From Tubiluchus corallicola (Eukaryota > Animalia > Priapulida), in contig JAQGDQ010000023.1 of the NCBI GenBank assembly GCA_030141605.1, positions 744,001 through 808,000 of the forward strand: a stretch of 64,000 nt of DNA. The letters are read 5' to 3'. This document shows, piece after piece, positions 61,701-64,000 of this stretch. Below the pieces are notes generated by a model. That model was not told the DNA's origin. It ran no database searches and saw only the letters and a program-made list of their open reading frames with translations. The stretch's first letter is position 1. Each line of letters begins with the position of its first letter. A program made the position numbers and the translations under genes.

Positions 61701-64000
61701 GGTGCTCTAATTGCAATGGCGCTCATTCCGAAAACTGGCAAAACTTGTGCCATCGATACACAAATTTTGAAAATATTTCGAAGATGAATAACTATGAGTA
61801 ATCTTAAGAATAGTAAAAAGAAATAGTAAATAGTAAGCGTTATGGTTGTAAAAGGTGTTAAGTGATATTTATGCAGCATCCCGATGCGAATGCGTTTGGG
61901 GAAGGGGGGGTGCGGAATAGATAAATCGGTTTAATACACTCTTATTCTTTTTCTGCGGCTATTCTTATTGATTTTTTATCGGCAGGCTGTTCTGCAGGTG
62001 GAAAGCGCATACGCGTCCGCATCCGGATGCCGCATAAACGCGAGTTTAGGCGTTATAATAGAAAATTCTGAAAACTTGCTTTTATAAAGTTCTAAGTGAA
62101 TTTTTTAAAGTTCGGCCAGTCTTATCAGTTTGACTATGGTAAATCCGAAAAAACTGTTGCCGTTTTGAAAAGTTTGCGGAAAAAAGTCAAAAGCGCAAAA
62201 GACTAAATGGTTGTTAAGTTTTTGCACAAACTATGTAAATTAAAATGATTCACAGAAAATTAATAGTAAAAAGCATTTATGAAATCTCTTCAAGTGTACT
62301 TGGACCTAAGCAATCCATTTATGATTCATGCTGCTTTCATTTTAAAAATGGCCCCCGTTTTCAAAACGGTTGCCACACAAAACGAAATTATGCCGATCGG
62401 CCGTGCATTTATATGAGCTGTAAAAATTTATTACGAATAACAAAAAGCAAATTATTTTTAGCAATTAGTCGTTGTTGAGCCTAAAAAACTGTTGTACGTT
62501 TGTGTCGTCATATATCTTATGTCAAAATGAAAAATTCCCTCAGTTGTTTAAACCTGTGTTTTAATTTGTTAAGCAGAGCACATTTGAGTAACAGAGTTAA
62601 AATTTTAAAGGTCAAAACGCTAATCAAATAGGGGTGGGGGTTGAAAAGAGAATAAACAATAGTGTTGGTTTCCATAAACATGCATAAAGATTAGTATTAA
62701 CCTTCATCTTAGTGCTATAATCTTATACTAACCGTTAAAGTAGTGCAAAGTTTTCTGTTTTCTGATTGGCCCACCATATTGTAAACTACTAAAAAATCTG
62801 GCATATTATAGAGCGGTCTAATTGCTTTTCAAGTTGCCAAATTTTTAATGGCATAATAGTAGTAAAAGACATCACCAACAGTTAGAGGTGGAACCCATAA
62901 TTATTTGATTAGTATCCAAGCGCTTTCAAGCGAATAACGGAATCACCAGGGATCAGAACCGGCAAACTATAATTCAAGAAAACAAAAAATAAAAATGTAA
63001 TGATTACAGTGAGAAATGGAATGAATTCTAATGTGACAGTGACTAAATTTCAAATTATCTAGTGCAGTTGCAGTGGTGTTGAAAACGAACTTAAAATTTT
63101 GTAACCGAGTACTCAAAATCATGTAAGACCAAACTTGAAAGATCTACAATTTGAGTGGACGCCGTAGTGTGTAAATATAAAACATAACTAAACTAATTTT
63201 CTCTAATATGATCTAATGAAGCATTAAGGCATTAGTTAAAGTGTGCCAGGACTGGAATCTAGGATATTTTTATTTATGTTATGTTAATTTCTGTTGTCTT
63301 TATTTTTGCTGCAATGGTGGTTTTTCAAAAGTATGCACAAGCACAATCTTAAGTGGGCATAAAAATGCAAAATGCAAATAAATCAGAATCAAAATGTATT
63401 TGCTGTGGTAAGCCTGGTAGGTATACTTTGTCGGTAATGCAGCTAAGATTGGTCATGGGGTTAATTTTGAACGTACATGGTTACATGTCTACCATTATAT
63501 GATATGATGATTTAATCATGTCAATCAGTAAGTGGTATTACAATATTACCGATTTTAAGAGTGCTCTCATAATACGATTTTATGATTTCACGATTCTACG
63601 AAATTTTATAAAATCGGGTCTTGATGATGACGTCACTTCGACTCACTTGCCGAAAGAGTTTAAATAATACTAAAATAAGTATTGTTTTGCACCTCTATCA
63701 GTTGGTGCTGTCTTTCACTACAATTACTCTTATGAAATGGGATGTACGTCTCCAGTCGCTAAAATTTTCCCTGAATCAAGTTTCGTACGTGCAGACGACA
63801 GCACAGGCCAAGGTGCTTTTGGTGGTAATAGTAAAATACCGCTGCTGCTGCTGCTGCTGTTACTGATATTTTGTAGTTGTCGTCGTCAATGCCACAGCAT
63901 GTAGCATTACCTGTAGCATGATGTATATTTCTGCATTTTTGATGGCTCGTCTCTGTTAGGAAATGAGTGACACTGACAACGCTGACAGACTCCCTCGGGG
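58765..64000 (-). CDS. SVWC/VWC-domain cysteine-rich protein (Vago / La1-like), 5'-partial
   Basis: Phase-matched GT-AG exons >64000-63911, 60498-60364 and 58810-58765 give ..PEGVCQRCQCHSFPNRDEPSKMQKYTSCYSCGKMAPINKPGCYTTRFTEKRYPDCCDVILCKDRDAMWNKEDYIRYLENTIATFGPDEN*. YPDCC is the SVWC signature. A minus-strand AATAAA lies at about 58325-58330. Confidence 0.8.
59960..60143. repeat. Minisatellite, about 4.4 x 42 bp
   Basis: Unit CAACAATAACCAGCGAAACAAAACCACGTCTACACGCACAAT, inside a longer degenerate (ACTAGCACAA)-rich tract at about 59240-60280. Confidence 0.92.
61868..62038. mobile_element. Short MITE-like element, about 28-bp inverted repeats
   Basis: TTTATGCAGCATCCCGATGCGAATGCGT / ACGCGTCCGCATCCGGATGCCGCATAAA. 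Confidence 0.6.

Overview
AT-rich, intron-rich animal (invertebrate-like, probably arthropod) genomic DNA, with five host genes reconstructed by hand. (1) A secreted pancreatic-lipase-family gene (minus, about 5-7153). (2) VPS41 (minus, single coding exon). (3) WDR45/WIPI4 (plus, single coding exon), head-to-head with VPS41. (4) A 27-exon SMG6/EST1A NMD endonuclease (minus, 26303-53360, about 1879 aa). (5) The last three exons of an SVWC/VWC-type cysteine-rich protein running off the right edge. The VPS41-WIPI4 spacer holds two decayed CR1-clade LINEs, an RTE fragment and two tandem MITEs. Introns carry a hAT MITE with an 8-bp TSD, tRNA-derived SINEs, a hammerhead-like motif and several mini/microsatellites. 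The most unusual observation is a CR1-like retrotransposon whose ORF1 RRM-like region runs in frame into an intact type-I KH RNA-binding domain. Exon boundaries come from splice consensus and reading-frame continuity only; no database searches were run.
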